Source of the DNA: Candidatus Omnitrophota bacterium
GTDB taxonomy: Bacteria > Omnitrophota > Gorgyraeia > 1-14-0-20-64-10
Assembly: GCA_023248155.1 (NCBI GenBank)
Contig: JAHFFE010000003.1
Location: 212,159-276,158, forward strand
DNA: 64,000 nt
Reading direction: 5' to 3'
Shown here in pieces: positions 27,708 through 36,607 of this stretch. The translations under genes were made by a program, and so were the position numbers. Positions within the stretch are counted from its first letter, which is position 1. The number at the start of each line of letters is the position of its first letter. The notes beneath the pieces are model-generated. The model did no database searches. It saw nothing but the letters and a program-made list of their open reading frames with translations, and was not told where the DNA came from.

Positions 27708-28107
27708 AACTTTTAAACCGAAGCGCCGCAAACGACCGGGCGGCGCGCGGAAATGAAATGCGGCTGAACTCTTCCATGACACGAAGCGCTTCTTCGGTGC
27801 GGCGAATATTGGCACACGCCAGGTCGCGGTAACGGCGATGGCTGCCCGAATGCGGCCGCAGCGACGGACGGCCTGGATCGGAGCGGACGTTGCGCGCCGC
27901 AAAAAGATCGGCCACATGCAGCTGACTGATCACCGTGCGATCCAGCGTATAACGGGCCCGCTGCAATTGCCGCGTTAACGCGGCATCTTCCAGAACAAAC
28001 CGGGCCACCTCTTCGCAAACGCGCAGCCCTTCGCGCGCGCGATTCCAGTTGGCGTCCAAAACGCGCAATACCAGCCGATTCTCCGGCGGTGATTTCTTTT
28101 TTTCCAT
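27655..28107 (-). CDS. ThiD2-family protein (stand-alone form of the cyanobacterial ThiE N-terminal domain)
   Basis: Internal repeat DANWNRAREGLRVCEE / ANIRRTEEALRVMEE; adjacent to thiE. Confidence 0.85.
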   Translation of the reverse strand: MEKKKSPPENRLVLRVLDANWNRAREGLRVCEEVARFVLEDAALTRQLQRARYTLDRTVISQLHVADLFAARNVRSDPGRPSLRPHSGSHRRYRDLACANIRRTEEALRVMEEFSRISFPRAARSFAALRFKSYDLEQTLFRRLSSLSGS

Positions 28108-28604
28108 CAGAGCGCTTTTAATCGGGCCAATAAACCGGTGGTGGAGTGGTTCTTTAAATACGGCATCAGGATCACTTGTCCGCCGTACGATTCGACCTCT
28201 TTTTGCCCCACCACGACTTTCCCTTTCCAGTCGGCCCCTTTGGCCAGCAAATTGGGCCGAATCGCGCGGATCACGCGCAGCGGCGTCGGTTCGGAAAAAA
28301 GGACCACATAATCCACCGGTTTGAGCGCGGCCAGCAAACGCAGCCGTTCGCGCTGGGGAACCACCGGACGGGACGGTCCCTTGATTTTGCGGACCGACGC
28401 ATCGCTGTTGACGGCGACGATCAGGATGTCGGATTTTTGTTTGATTCGCTCAAGGTAATCGAGGTGGCCGATATGCAGGATGTCGAAACAGCCGTTCGTG
28501 AAAGCGATTCTCTTTCTCTGCTGACGGAGTTTTTGGACAACCTGGACCAGGCGATTCAGAGGAATAACCATTCCGCCCGTCTTCCGAATTTTACGAGTTG
28601 GCAA
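28107..28604 (-). CDS. rfaE2: D-glycero-beta-D-manno-heptose 1-phosphate adenylyltransferase (RfaE domain II)
   Basis: FTNGCFDILHIGH, VNSDASV, KGADW, HSTT. Confidence 0.92.
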   Translation of the reverse strand: MPTRKIRKTGGMVIPLNRLVQVVQKLRQQRKRIAFTNGCFDILHIGHLDYLERIKQKSDILIVAVNSDASVRKIKGPSRPVVPQRERLRLLAALKPVDYVVLFSEPTPLRVIRAIRPNLLAKGADWKGKVVVGQKEVESYGGQVILMPYLKNHSTTGLLARLKAL

Positions 28605-29178
28605 AGCGGGCTTCGATGAGTTCGCAGAGGATATGTTCGATCGTCAGGTGCGATTCCTGAATCCGCTGCGTGTTTTCCGACGGGACCACGATCGAAAGAT
28701 CGACGGCCTTGTGCAACGCTCCGCCGCCGCGTCCGCTCAAGGCGATCGACCGGATCCCCATCGTGCGGGCCGTTTTCACTGCTTCCAGAACATTCGGGGA
28801 GTTGCCGCTGGTCGAAATGGCGATTAACACATCGCCGGCCTGGCCTAACGCTTCGAGTTGGCGTGAAAAAACAACATCGTAGCCGAAATCATTCGCCAGC
28901 GCAGTCAGATTGGAGGTATCGGTGGTCAGTGAAATGGCAGGAAGCGCGCGCCGCTTAACGAATAATTTTCCGACTAATTCGGCCGCCACATGCTGACAAT
29001 CAGCCGCCGAACCGCCGTTGCCGCATAACAGCACTTTTTTACCGGCTTCCAGCGATGTAATGATCAGATCGGCCGCCTGCGCGATCACCGGAACCAGCGT
29101 CTGCAAAACTTTCTGCTTGGTCTGGATGCTCTCCTGAAGCCGGACTTCGACTTCGCGGGCCGGAGTCGGACTACCCAA
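28591..29178 (-). CDS. gmhA: D-sedoheptulose 7-phosphate isomerase
   Basis: CGNGGSAAD, ANDFGY, STSGNS, RIQESH. Confidence 0.96.
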   Translation of the reverse strand: MGSPTPAREVEVRLQESIQTKQKVLQTLVPVIAQAADLIITSLEAGKKVLLCGNGGSAADCQHVAAELVGKLFVKRRALPAISLTTDTSNLTALANDFGYDVVFSRQLEALGQAGDVLIAISTSGNSPNVLEAVKTARTMGIRSIALSGRGGGALHKAVDLSIVVPSENTQRIQESHLTIEHILCELIEARFANS

Positions 29179-30208
29179 AGAAAACCTTCGCGACTTCGTA
29201 GAATTCTTCGTTGACCAGCTTCAACTGCTTGGTCGCCAGCTCAATCGGAACCGCCACAATGTCGGTCCCCTTCAGGCTGACCATTTTGCCCCACTGCCCG
29301 GCCATTACCAGCTCTACGGCTTTGACGCCGAACCGGGTGCCCAGCACGCGGTCAAACGCCGTCGGAGAACCGCCGCGCTGAATATGTCCGAAGACCGAGA
29401 CGCGGGTCTCATAACCGGTCCTTTCCTCAATGGCTTTGGCCAGACGGTCTCCAATGCCGCCCAGGCGGACATGGCCGAACTCGTCGAGTTTCTGGTCGAG
29501 ATTGACCGTGTCGCCTTTGGCAAACTCGGCGCCCTCGGCCACGACGATGATCGAAAAAGTTTTTGCGCGCGAATGCCGCTTTTTAATGGCCGCGCAAACT
29601 TCGTCGATGAGGATCGGCTTCTCGGGAATCAGGATGTAATCGGCGCCGCCGGCCATTCCGGCGTATAGAGCGATCCATCCGGCGTGGCGGCCCATCACCT
29701 CGGCCACCAGAATCCGGTGATGGCTCTCGGCCGTTGAATGGAGCCGGTCGATCGCTTCCATCGCGATGTTGGTCGCGGTGTCAAATCCAAATGTGTAGTC
29801 GGTCTCGCACAGGTCGTTGTCGATTGTTTTGGGAACGCCGACTACCGGCAGCCCCTCTTTCGCCAGCTTGGTCGCCACGCCCAGCGTATCTTCGCCGCCG
29901 ATTGCCACCAAGGCGTCGAGTTTCAATGCGGCGATGTTCGCCTTCACGGCGGCAACCTGCTTCGGATCTTTGTAGGGGTTCGTCCGTGAAGTGCCCAGGA
30001 TCGTTCCGCCGCGGTGTACAATTCCGGAAACGGAGCCCAGATCGAGCGGAATCGTATCCGCATTTACGAGGCCTTTCCAGCCGTTGCGAATGCCGACCAC
30101 TTCAATGCCGGATGCCATCGCCTTGCGGACCACCGCGCGGATCACCGGGTTCAAACCGGGACAATCCCCGCCGCCGGTCAATACGCCTATCTTTTTCACA
30201 TTGGCCAT
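29171..30208 (-). CDS. pfkA: 6-phosphofructokinase
   Basis: TGGGDCPGLN, GGEDT, PKTIDND, EVMGRHAG, GHIQRGG. Confidence 0.95.
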   Translation of the reverse strand: MANVKKIGVLTGGGDCPGLNPVIRAVVRKAMASGIEVVGIRNGWKGLVNADTIPLDLGSVSGIVHRGGTILGTSRTNPYKDPKQVAAVKANIAALKLDALVAIGGEDTLGVATKLAKEGLPVVGVPKTIDNDLCETDYTFGFDTATNIAMEAIDRLHSTAESHHRILVAEVMGRHAGWIALYAGMAGGADYILIPEKPILIDEVCAAIKKRHSRAKTFSIIVVAEGAEFAKGDTVNLDQKLDEFGHVRLGGIGDRLAKAIEERTGYETRVSVFGHIQRGGSPTAFDRVLGTRFGVKAVELVMAGQWGKMVSLKGTDIVAVPIELATKQLKLVNEEFYEVAKVFFG

Positions 30209-30211
30209 CGA

Positions 30212-30811
30212 TCAATAACCTCTAAAGGGCGTGGAAAACGGAACCGGCCGGCGATCGGCGCCGCTTGACCTGCTCTCCCGTTGAACAATTTTCGCCACAT
30301 GCACGCGCACGTGGATCGGCTCTTCAATACCGGCCAATACTTCCTGTACTTTTGATTTGACCAGCGTCTGAATTTTTTCGGCGGCCATCGGAATATTCGC
30401 CTCAGACCATAATGTCGCGCGGGCGCGAATGATGATCTTGCCGTTGCGCGCCACCACATCGGAGCGGAGTTCTTTTAGTTCGGCAATCTGCTGGACCGCG
30501 GCTTTGCGGATAAAATCGTCAATCGCAGACAATGAAACGGTTACCTGTCCGTCGGAATTCTCAAAGGCAATTGTTTTCTGTTTTCGGAACCTGGAAAATG
30601 TCAGCTCCGCGTAGGTCCAGTTCAGCAAAATCACGCCGGCGCCAACTAAGAAACAAGCCACGCGGAAATTTTTCTCGGCATAGGCCGCTTCCAGCCACAA
30701 CACGGTGCGATCGATTGAAATCCAATGCAGCGAAAACGCGATCAGTCCCATGCCCAGCAGCACAAACGCCACGCTGTAACAACCCAGGATAATCCAGGTA
30801 AATAATTTCAT
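30212..30811 (-). CDS. amaP: Alkaline shock response membrane anchor AmaP-like protein
   Basis: Two TM helices, GQVTVSLSAIDD, Asp23-like C-terminal domain; follows asp23. Confidence 0.8.
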   Translation of the reverse strand: MKLFTWIILGCYSVAFVLLGMGLIAFSLHWISIDRTVLWLEAAYAEKNFRVACFLVGAGVILLNWTYAELTFSRFRKQKTIAFENSDGQVTVSLSAIDDFIRKAAVQQIAELKELRSDVVARNGKIIIRARATLWSEANIPMAAEKIQTLVKSKVQEVLAGIEEPIHVRVHVAKIVQRESRSSGADRRPVPFSTPFRGY

Positions 30812-30817
30812 CGTCGG

Positions 30818-31156
30818 TTAACTCCGCTTCGGCTTGATCTCTTGAATGGAGACGTTCACTTCCACCACGACCAGCTGCGTCATCTGTTCCACCATTTCAC
30901 GAACCCGGTCCTGCACCTGAAGCGCAAGCTGGGAAAGATTGGTCCCATACTCGGCAACCAGCGCCAACTGGACGCGCACTTCCTGTTCGGCGATCTCCAC
31001 CTCGACTCCGGAAACGTTGTCGGGCATGAACCGGCGGTACCAGGGTGATTTCCAGATACCAATCACGCCGTCCACTTCCTTGGCCGCGCTGGCGGCGATC
31101 TGGGCCACCACGTTGTTCTCCACCAGTACCACGCCTAAATCGGTGCGCGTCGTCAT
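30818..31156 (-). CDS. Asp23/Gls24 family protein (YqhY-like)
   Basis: [28 protein letters not shown]...VEQMT...VNV. Confidence 0.9.
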   Translation of the reverse strand: MTTRTDLGVVLVENNVVAQIAASAAKEVDGVIGIWKSPWYRRFMPDNVSGVEVEIAEQEVRVQLALVAEYGTNLSQLALQVQDRVREMVEQMTQLVVVEVNVSIQEIKPKRS

Positions 31157-32532
31157 GCGGCCGGAACTCCCGCATGCTCGGACGGCTTCTGGGACGCGAA
31201 GAACTTCTCAACGAAATCCGTAGCGAATTTCCCGGAAACAAATGCCGGATCGTTCAATACTTTTTTATGGAAACCGATCGTCGTTTTCAACGGATCAACG
31301 GCCATTTCATCGAGCGCGCGCAGCATTGTCTGAATCGCCTCGGGGCGGTCCTTGCCGTAAACAATCAACTTGGCCAGCAGCGAATCGTAATGCGGCGGAA
31401 CTTTATAGCCGGTAAACAGATGGCTGTCCACGCGCACATTCGGACCTCCGGGCGCGTGATACAGCTGTACCTGCCCGGGACACGGCATGAAATTCATATC
31501 CGGGTCTTCGGCGTTGATGCGGCACTCGATCGCGTGCCCTTTAAAGTGGATATCGTCCTGCGTAAACGGCAGCCGCAGTCCGGCCGCCACCTTGATCTGT
31601 TCCTTGATCAGGTCGACTCCGGTTACCAGTTCCGTCACCGGATGTTCGACCTGGATGCGGGTGTTCATTTCCATGAAATAAAAGTTGCCGTGGACATCGG
31701 TCAAGAATTCCATCGTGCCGACCGAATTGTAATTAACGGCCTTGGCGCCTTTCACAGCGGCCTCGCCCATCCGCTTGCGCAGTTTCGGATCAACGGCCGG
31801 CGAAGGCGACTCTTCTATTAATTTCTGATGGCGGCGCTGAACCGAACAGTCGCGCTCGCCCAAACTGACCACATGCCCGAAATTATCGCCGATCACCTGA
31901 ATTTCGGTGTGGCGCGGCTGATCAATGTATTTTTCAATATAAACATCGGGAACGCCGAATGACGCTTCGGCCTCGGACTGCGCCGTCATGAACGCGCTGA
32001 CCATCCGCACATCGTTGTGCGCGACGCGCATTCCTTTTCCGCCGCCGCCGGCCGACGCCTTGATGATAACCGGATAACCGATCTGATTGGCGATCTTCAT
32101 CGCCTCTTCCTTGGTCTTGACGGCTCCCGGCGATCCCGGGATCAGCGGAACACCGGCCTTGCCCATCACCTTTTTGGCTTCAATCTTGTCGCCCATCGCG
32201 CGGATCGCTTCCGGATGCGGCCCGATGAATTTGATCTTGCACGATTCGCAGATCTCGGCGAAATGCGCGTTCTCGGCCAGAAATCCATAGCCGGGATGGA
32301 TCGCTTCAACGTCGGCAATCTCGGCCGCGCTGATTAAGGACGGAATATTGCGGTAGCTCGATGCCGAAGCGGCCGCGCCGATACAGACCGATTCATCGGC
32401 CATCTTCACATGCAGCGAGTCGGCATCGGCTTCGGAATAAACGGCGACCGTGCGGATCCCCATCTCTTTGCAGGCGCGGATCACGCGGACGGCAATTTCG
32501 CCGCGATTGGCGATTAAAATTTTGGAGAACAT
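31153..32532 (-). CDS. accC: Acetyl-CoA carboxylase biotin carboxylase
   Basis: [38 protein letters not shown]. Confidence 0.97.
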   Translation of the reverse strand: MFSKILIANRGEIAVRVIRACKEMGIRTVAVYSEADADSLHVKMADESVCIGAAASASSYRNIPSLISAAEIADVEAIHPGYGFLAENAHFAEICESCKIKFIGPHPEAIRAMGDKIEAKKVMGKAGVPLIPGSPGAVKTKEEAMKIANQIGYPVIIKASAGGGGKGMRVAHNDVRMVSAFMTAQSEAEASFGVPDVYIEKYIDQPRHTEIQVIGDNFGHVVSLGERDCSVQRRHQKLIEESPSPAVDPKLRKRMGEAAVKGAKAVNYNSVGTMEFLTDVHGNFYFMEMNTRIQVEHPVTELVTGVDLIKEQIKVAAGLRLPFTQDDIHFKGHAIECRINAEDPDMNFMPCPGQVQLYHAPGGPNVRVDSHLFTGYKVPPHYDSLLAKLIVYGKDRPEAIQTMLRALDEMAVDPLKTTIGFHKKVLNDPAFVSGKFATDFVEKFFASQKPSEHAGVPAA

Positions 32533-32534
32533 GC

Positions 32535-32987
32535 TTAGTTCGGCTCCACGAGAAAGAGCTGCTGGCCAAACTCGATCGGCTGCGCGTTGTTCACGAAAAT
32601 CTTGACGATCTTACCCTTCACTTCAGACTTGAACTCATTCATCAATTTCATCGCTTCAATGATGCAGAGCGTCTGTCCGACGGTGACCTGCTGGCCCACT
32701 TCCACAAACGGAGGGGCTTCGGGGGCCGGCGCGCGGTAAAAAGTGCCTACCATCGGAGACTTGATCTCGGTTCCGGAAAGCTTCACCGGGACCGGACCGG
32801 CCGGAGCTGCCGCTGCCGGAGCTGCCATAGGGGCCGCCGGAGCCGCCGCAATCCGTTCAATCACGGTGCCTTCCGAGCCGGCTTTCCTCAAACGGATTTT
32901 CATTCCGTCGCGCTCAAGTTCCATTTCAACGAGCTCATGCTCGTCCATCAAAGCCAAAAATTCTTTCAACTCCTTGACGTTGATCAC
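32535..32987 (-). CDS. accB: Biotin carboxyl carrier protein
   Basis: [16 protein letters not shown]. Confidence 0.97.
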   Translation of the reverse strand: MINVKELKEFLALMDEHELVEMELERDGMKIRLRKAGSEGTVIERIAAAPAAPMAAPAAAAPAGPVPVKLSGTEIKSPMVGTFYRAPAPEAPPFVEVGQQVTVGQTLCIIEAMKLMNEFKSEVKGKIVKIFVNNAQPIEFGQQLFLVEPN

Positions 32988-32997
32988 TTAAATCCTC

Positions 32998-33558
32998 CTA
33001 TGTCCGCCCTGCATACTGCCCGTTCCGCGTATCCACCTTGATCACTTCGCCGGGCTCGACAAACAACGGCACCAGCAGTTTAAATCCGGTTTCCAGAATA
33101 GCCGACTTCATCGCCGACTTGGAGGTATCGCCCCGTATTCCGGGCTCCGACTCCGTGATTTTTAAATCGACCGTCGTCGGCAGTTCAATGCCGATCAATT
33201 TGTTGTCGTACAACTCGGCCTTCACTTCTAGATTTTCTTTCAGGTAGTTGGCCGAATCACCGACTTCGTCGCGCGTAAACATCTGCTGATCGTAATTCTT
33301 CGTGTCCATGAAATGAAATTCGTCGCCGGAGCGGTATAAAAACTGCAGCGGTTTTTTCTCGATGAACGCGTCTTCGAATTTATCGCCGGCGTCGAATGTG
33401 CGGCTGAGGATATTGCCGGTCTTCATCGAGCGCAGCTTCGTGCGGACAAACGCGGCGCCCTTGCCCGGTTTCACATGCTGGTATTCCTCGATCGTGAACA
33501 GCTGTCCGTCAAACAGGATCGCCATTCCGGTCTTGAATTGGTTGGTTGAAATCGTCAC
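32998..33558 (-). CDS. efp: Elongation factor P
   Basis: [24 protein letters not shown]; GTG start. Confidence 0.97.
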   Translation of the reverse strand: MTISTNQFKTGMAILFDGQLFTIEEYQHVKPGKGAAFVRTKLRSMKTGNILSRTFDAGDKFEDAFIEKKPLQFLYRSGDEFHFMDTKNYDQQMFTRDEVGDSANYLKENLEVKAELYDNKLIGIELPTTVDLKITESEPGIRGDTSKSAMKSAILETGFKLLVPLFVEPGEVIKVDTRNGQYAGRT

Positions 33559-34007
33559 TTCGTACCCTTCTTCTTTTTCAAAAATCCGCACAGCGCGGAC
33601 AGACCCAGCAAATAACTGTCGGGACCGAACCCGCAGATCTGCCCCACCGCGACCGGCGCCACCATCGAATTGTGCCGGAACGCCTCGCGCGCGTGAATAT
33701 TGCTTAAATGAACTTCGACAGCCGGAAGATCGACCGCTTCGATCGCATCCCGAACCGCCACCGACGTATGCGTATAAGCGGCCGGATTAATCAAAATACC
33801 GTCAAAATGCCCTTCCGCCTTGCCGATGGCATCCACCATCTGGCCTTCATGGTTGAACTGCTCAATCGTCAACTGCGCTTTCAGCTTGCGGGCTTGCGTT
33901 TTCAGCTGCGCGTTGATCTCCTGCAGGGTGGTCCGTCCATACACAGAGGGTTTACGCCGCCCCAGCAACTGCAGATTGGGTCCATGAATCACCAGAATTT
34001 TTATCAT
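33555..34007 (-). CDS. aroQ: Type II 3-dehydroquinate dehydratase
   Basis: [32 protein letters not shown]. Confidence 0.96.
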   Translation of the reverse strand: MIKILVIHGPNLQLLGRRKPSVYGRTTLQEINAQLKTQARKLKAQLTIEQFNHEGQMVDAIGKAEGHFDGILINPAAYTHTSVAVRDAIEAVDLPAVEVHLSNIHAREAFRHNSMVAPVAVGQICGFGPDSYLLGLSALCGFLKKKKGTK

Positions 34008-34024
34008 TGTATCAAAAAGTCCCC

Positions 34025-34195
34025 TTACTTTCCCGGTTTTTCGGCTTCCTCCACCAACATCACTGGAATACCATCCCGAATGGGATATCGTAACCCACAG
34101 GCCGGGCTGGTGCAAACCAATTTCTCCCCTTCTTCCCGGACCGGCGACTTGCAAGCCGGGCAGGCCAAGATTTCCAAAAATGTTTTTTCAAGCAT
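34025..34195 (-). CDS. Trm112/YcaR-family protein (56 aa, not in the ORF track)
   Basis: Hand translation [16 protein letters not shown]...LVC...[19 protein letters not shown]. Confidence 0.92.
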   Translation of the reverse strand: MLEKTFLEILACPACKSPVREEGEKLVCTSPACGLRYPIRDGIPVMLVEEAEKPGK

Positions 34196-34200
34196 CCGGT

Positions 34201-35274
34201 CTACTCCTTTATCGAGATCGCCTGAACCACCGGACTCGCCGGTGCTTCAACGGCCGTCAACTGCCCTTCAAATTTCGAGAGATGCTTGTCGGCTTTCTCA
34301 AAACTTTCGCGCGCATAGCCAAGCTGTTTTCCGGCCCGGTCAAAATCTTCGCGAATCGCCGTCATTTCTTTCTGCAGTTTCTGCAGATTTTCCAGGATCT
34401 CCTTGGCCTGCTGTCCGATCCGTTCCTCGCGCAATCCCTGAAGAATCACCAGCAAATACGCGTGAAAACTGTTGGGCGAAACCGGAAACACCTGCCGCCG
34501 GATCGCGTGCTGAAAAAGACTTTTTTCCTCGCTGATCCCTTCCTCTTTCAAAATTGTTTCGTAATAGACATTTTCAGCCGGAATATACATCATGGCAAAA
34601 TTAGAGGTTCCTTCGGTCGGACGGATATATTTCTCGGCGATCGAGTCGATGTGCATCTTGACCTTGCTGACCATTTCCTTGCGCCACTTGGCCCGCTCAT
34701 CGTCGGTGACGGCCTCGCCCATCCGCTGAAATGAATCAAGCGGAAACTTGGAATCGACCGGCACCATCTTACCGCCCAGCCGGATGATCGCATCGACCGT
34801 TTTCCCATCCTGAAACTCATATTGCAGCGCGAACGAATCGGCCGGAAGAATCTGCGTCAGCAGCTCCGCCAGGAAAAATTCGCCCAGCCCGCCGCGCATT
34901 TTCGGAGAACGCAGAAGGTCCTGCAGCGTGGCCACGCTGCGGCCGACCTCTTCCACCTTTCGCGTCGATTCCTGCAGGCGGCCCAGTTCGCGCGTGACAA
35001 CCGAAAAAGTGTCATTGGCCTGTTGCAGTTTCTGGCTGACCGATTGCTCGGTCGTCTGAACCTGGCCCTGCATTTGTTTCCACATCTGCATCATTTCCTG
35101 CGCCAGCGCCGCGGAAACTTCATTTTTCAGCGCGTTGAGTTTGGCATCTTCTTTGCGCTCAAGTTCTTGCTGCATCTCCAGCGGCAGCGGCGCACGGACC
35201 AGTTTCCAAACGGACCAAAGGACCATCGTCATGACGACCAGGATAACGATGCCCAGCAGCGTTACGAAGTCCAC
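34201..35274 (-). CDS. rmuC: DNA recombination protein RmuC
   Basis: N-terminal TM, coiled coil, RGGLGE, VDSKFP, FAMMYIPAE, VSPNS. Confidence 0.93.
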   Translation of the reverse strand: MDFVTLLGIVILVVMTMVLWSVWKLVRAPLPLEMQQELERKEDAKLNALKNEVSAALAQEMMQMWKQMQGQVQTTEQSVSQKLQQANDTFSVVTRELGRLQESTRKVEEVGRSVATLQDLLRSPKMRGGLGEFFLAELLTQILPADSFALQYEFQDGKTVDAIIRLGGKMVPVDSKFPLDSFQRMGEAVTDDERAKWRKEMVSKVKMHIDSIAEKYIRPTEGTSNFAMMYIPAENVYYETILKEEGISEEKSLFQHAIRRQVFPVSPNSFHAYLLVILQGLREERIGQQAKEILENLQKLQKEMTAIREDFDRAGKQLGYARESFEKADKHLSKFEGQLTAVEAPASPVVQAISIKE

Positions 35275-35690
35275 GAAGGAATTCCTCCGGCCTTGGCGTT
35301 ATATTTCATCCGCAGCTCGTACAAAACACCGTCGATAAATGCCGCCTCTTCCGTATTCAGATTGCCCTGCGTCTTTTTCTGCAGCATGCCCAGCATATCA
35401 ATCATTGAGCGGGCCTGCTCCAGATCTTCCTGTGCCAGACGCGTCACCGGATTGGGCATTTCACCCAACCCCATCAGCGCCTGCATCGCCAATGAAGAAA
35501 CAAACTGCCCGAACAACGGATCGGCCGGCTCTTCGGCCGGTTTCGACGCCGGTTCGGCGCCGGGCGCCGGTTGCGGCGCGGCCGCGGCGGCCGGATTCGG
35601 CGCACGCACGGTGGTCGGTTTTTCAGGCGGAGGCATGTGCTTTTCTTTCTCTACCTGATCTTTCCAGCTCTCATCAACTTTTTTGCTCAT
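35262..35690 (-). CDS. DUF1844 family protein
   Basis: VDESWK, QALMGLGE.PNP, IDMLGMLQKKTQGNL. Confidence 0.85.
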   Translation of the reverse strand: MSKKVDESWKDQVEKEKHMPPPEKPTTVRAPNPAAAAAPQPAPGAEPASKPAEEPADPLFGQFVSSLAMQALMGLGEMPNPVTRLAQEDLEQARSMIDMLGMLQKKTQGNLNTEEAAFIDGVLYELRMKYNAKAGGIPSWTS

Positions 35691-36607
35691 CGCTTCTGTC
35701 CTTCCTCAAATAAAACGGAAATCATTCCCACCGCCGCATCCGGGCTTCCCACTACCTGTGATGAAATTTCGTTTGCCGCGCGCGCTCCGCAAATCTGGGC
35801 CGCCTGCAACACAGCCGCCACGGCCCCTGCGCCGCACATCTCTATTTTCCTATTGAATACCGCTTCAATCAACCCTTCTGAGTCCATCGCCCGGATCCTG
35901 TCCATTACCAGCGCCACCTGCTGGCGGGCCGCTTCGGTCGGCGTATAACTGGCGATCTGCGTCGTGGCGATCCAATAAATTTTTTCGTCCGGAAAAGCCT
36001 GCGCTAAGGCGGCCAGCGCCTGCGCCAAACGGCCGATCACCGCGCCGTCTAATGTTTGAACCACCACCGGAACAAATTTCTTTACCTTCCCGATCTTCTG
36101 CAAAAACGGAAGAGGAAGTTCGTGCACATATTCATCGAGCAAAAACTCAGGGTCGGCGGTCATTTCCGGATTTTTTTCCAGAATCAGGCGCGCCAGCGGT
36201 TCATCAATTTTCAGAGTGCCGCCCGGCATCTGCCACTGCCCCTGCGTCTGAATAAAACAACCGGCAGGTGCCGTTCGTTCATGCGTAGGACCCAGCACCA
36301 CAACGCGGGCCGGCCACTGCAACGAAGAAAGAACCTCTCCAATCAAGGGTCCGCATCCGTTCCAGGAACCGTGCGGAATCACGAGTCCCACCGCTTTTGT
36401 TTTTCCGGAAACCGATTTTGGAATAAACCGGCGCAGTGAAGCGGCCAGCGTTTCTTTGCGTTCCGGATAAAGAAGTCCGGCGGCAACCGGTTTGCGGATT
36501 GACCCGGTCAGTGAACGGGTTTTGCGCCGGACAGGCGCATCGGCAGCCGCTCGACGGCGGCCCCGATCCGGGAACCGGCGGCTATTCGCCGGACGGCGCG
36601 TTGGCAT
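35687..36607 (-). CDS. MEMO1/AmmeMemoRadiSam protein B homologue with divergent active site
   Basis: RKPVAAGLLYP, IPHG, LGPTH, LPFLQ, MCG. Confidence 0.82.
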   Translation of the reverse strand: MPTRRPANSRRFPDRGRRRAAADAPVRRKTRSLTGSIRKPVAAGLLYPERKETLAASLRRFIPKSVSGKTKAVGLVIPHGSWNGCGPLIGEVLSSLQWPARVVVLGPTHERTAPAGCFIQTQGQWQMPGGTLKIDEPLARLILEKNPEMTADPEFLLDEYVHELPLPFLQKIGKVKKFVPVVVQTLDGAVIGRLAQALAALAQAFPDEKIYWIATTQIASYTPTEAARQQVALVMDRIRAMDSEGLIEAVFNRKIEMCGAGAVAAVLQAAQICGARAANEISSQVVGSPDAAVGMISVLFEEGQKR

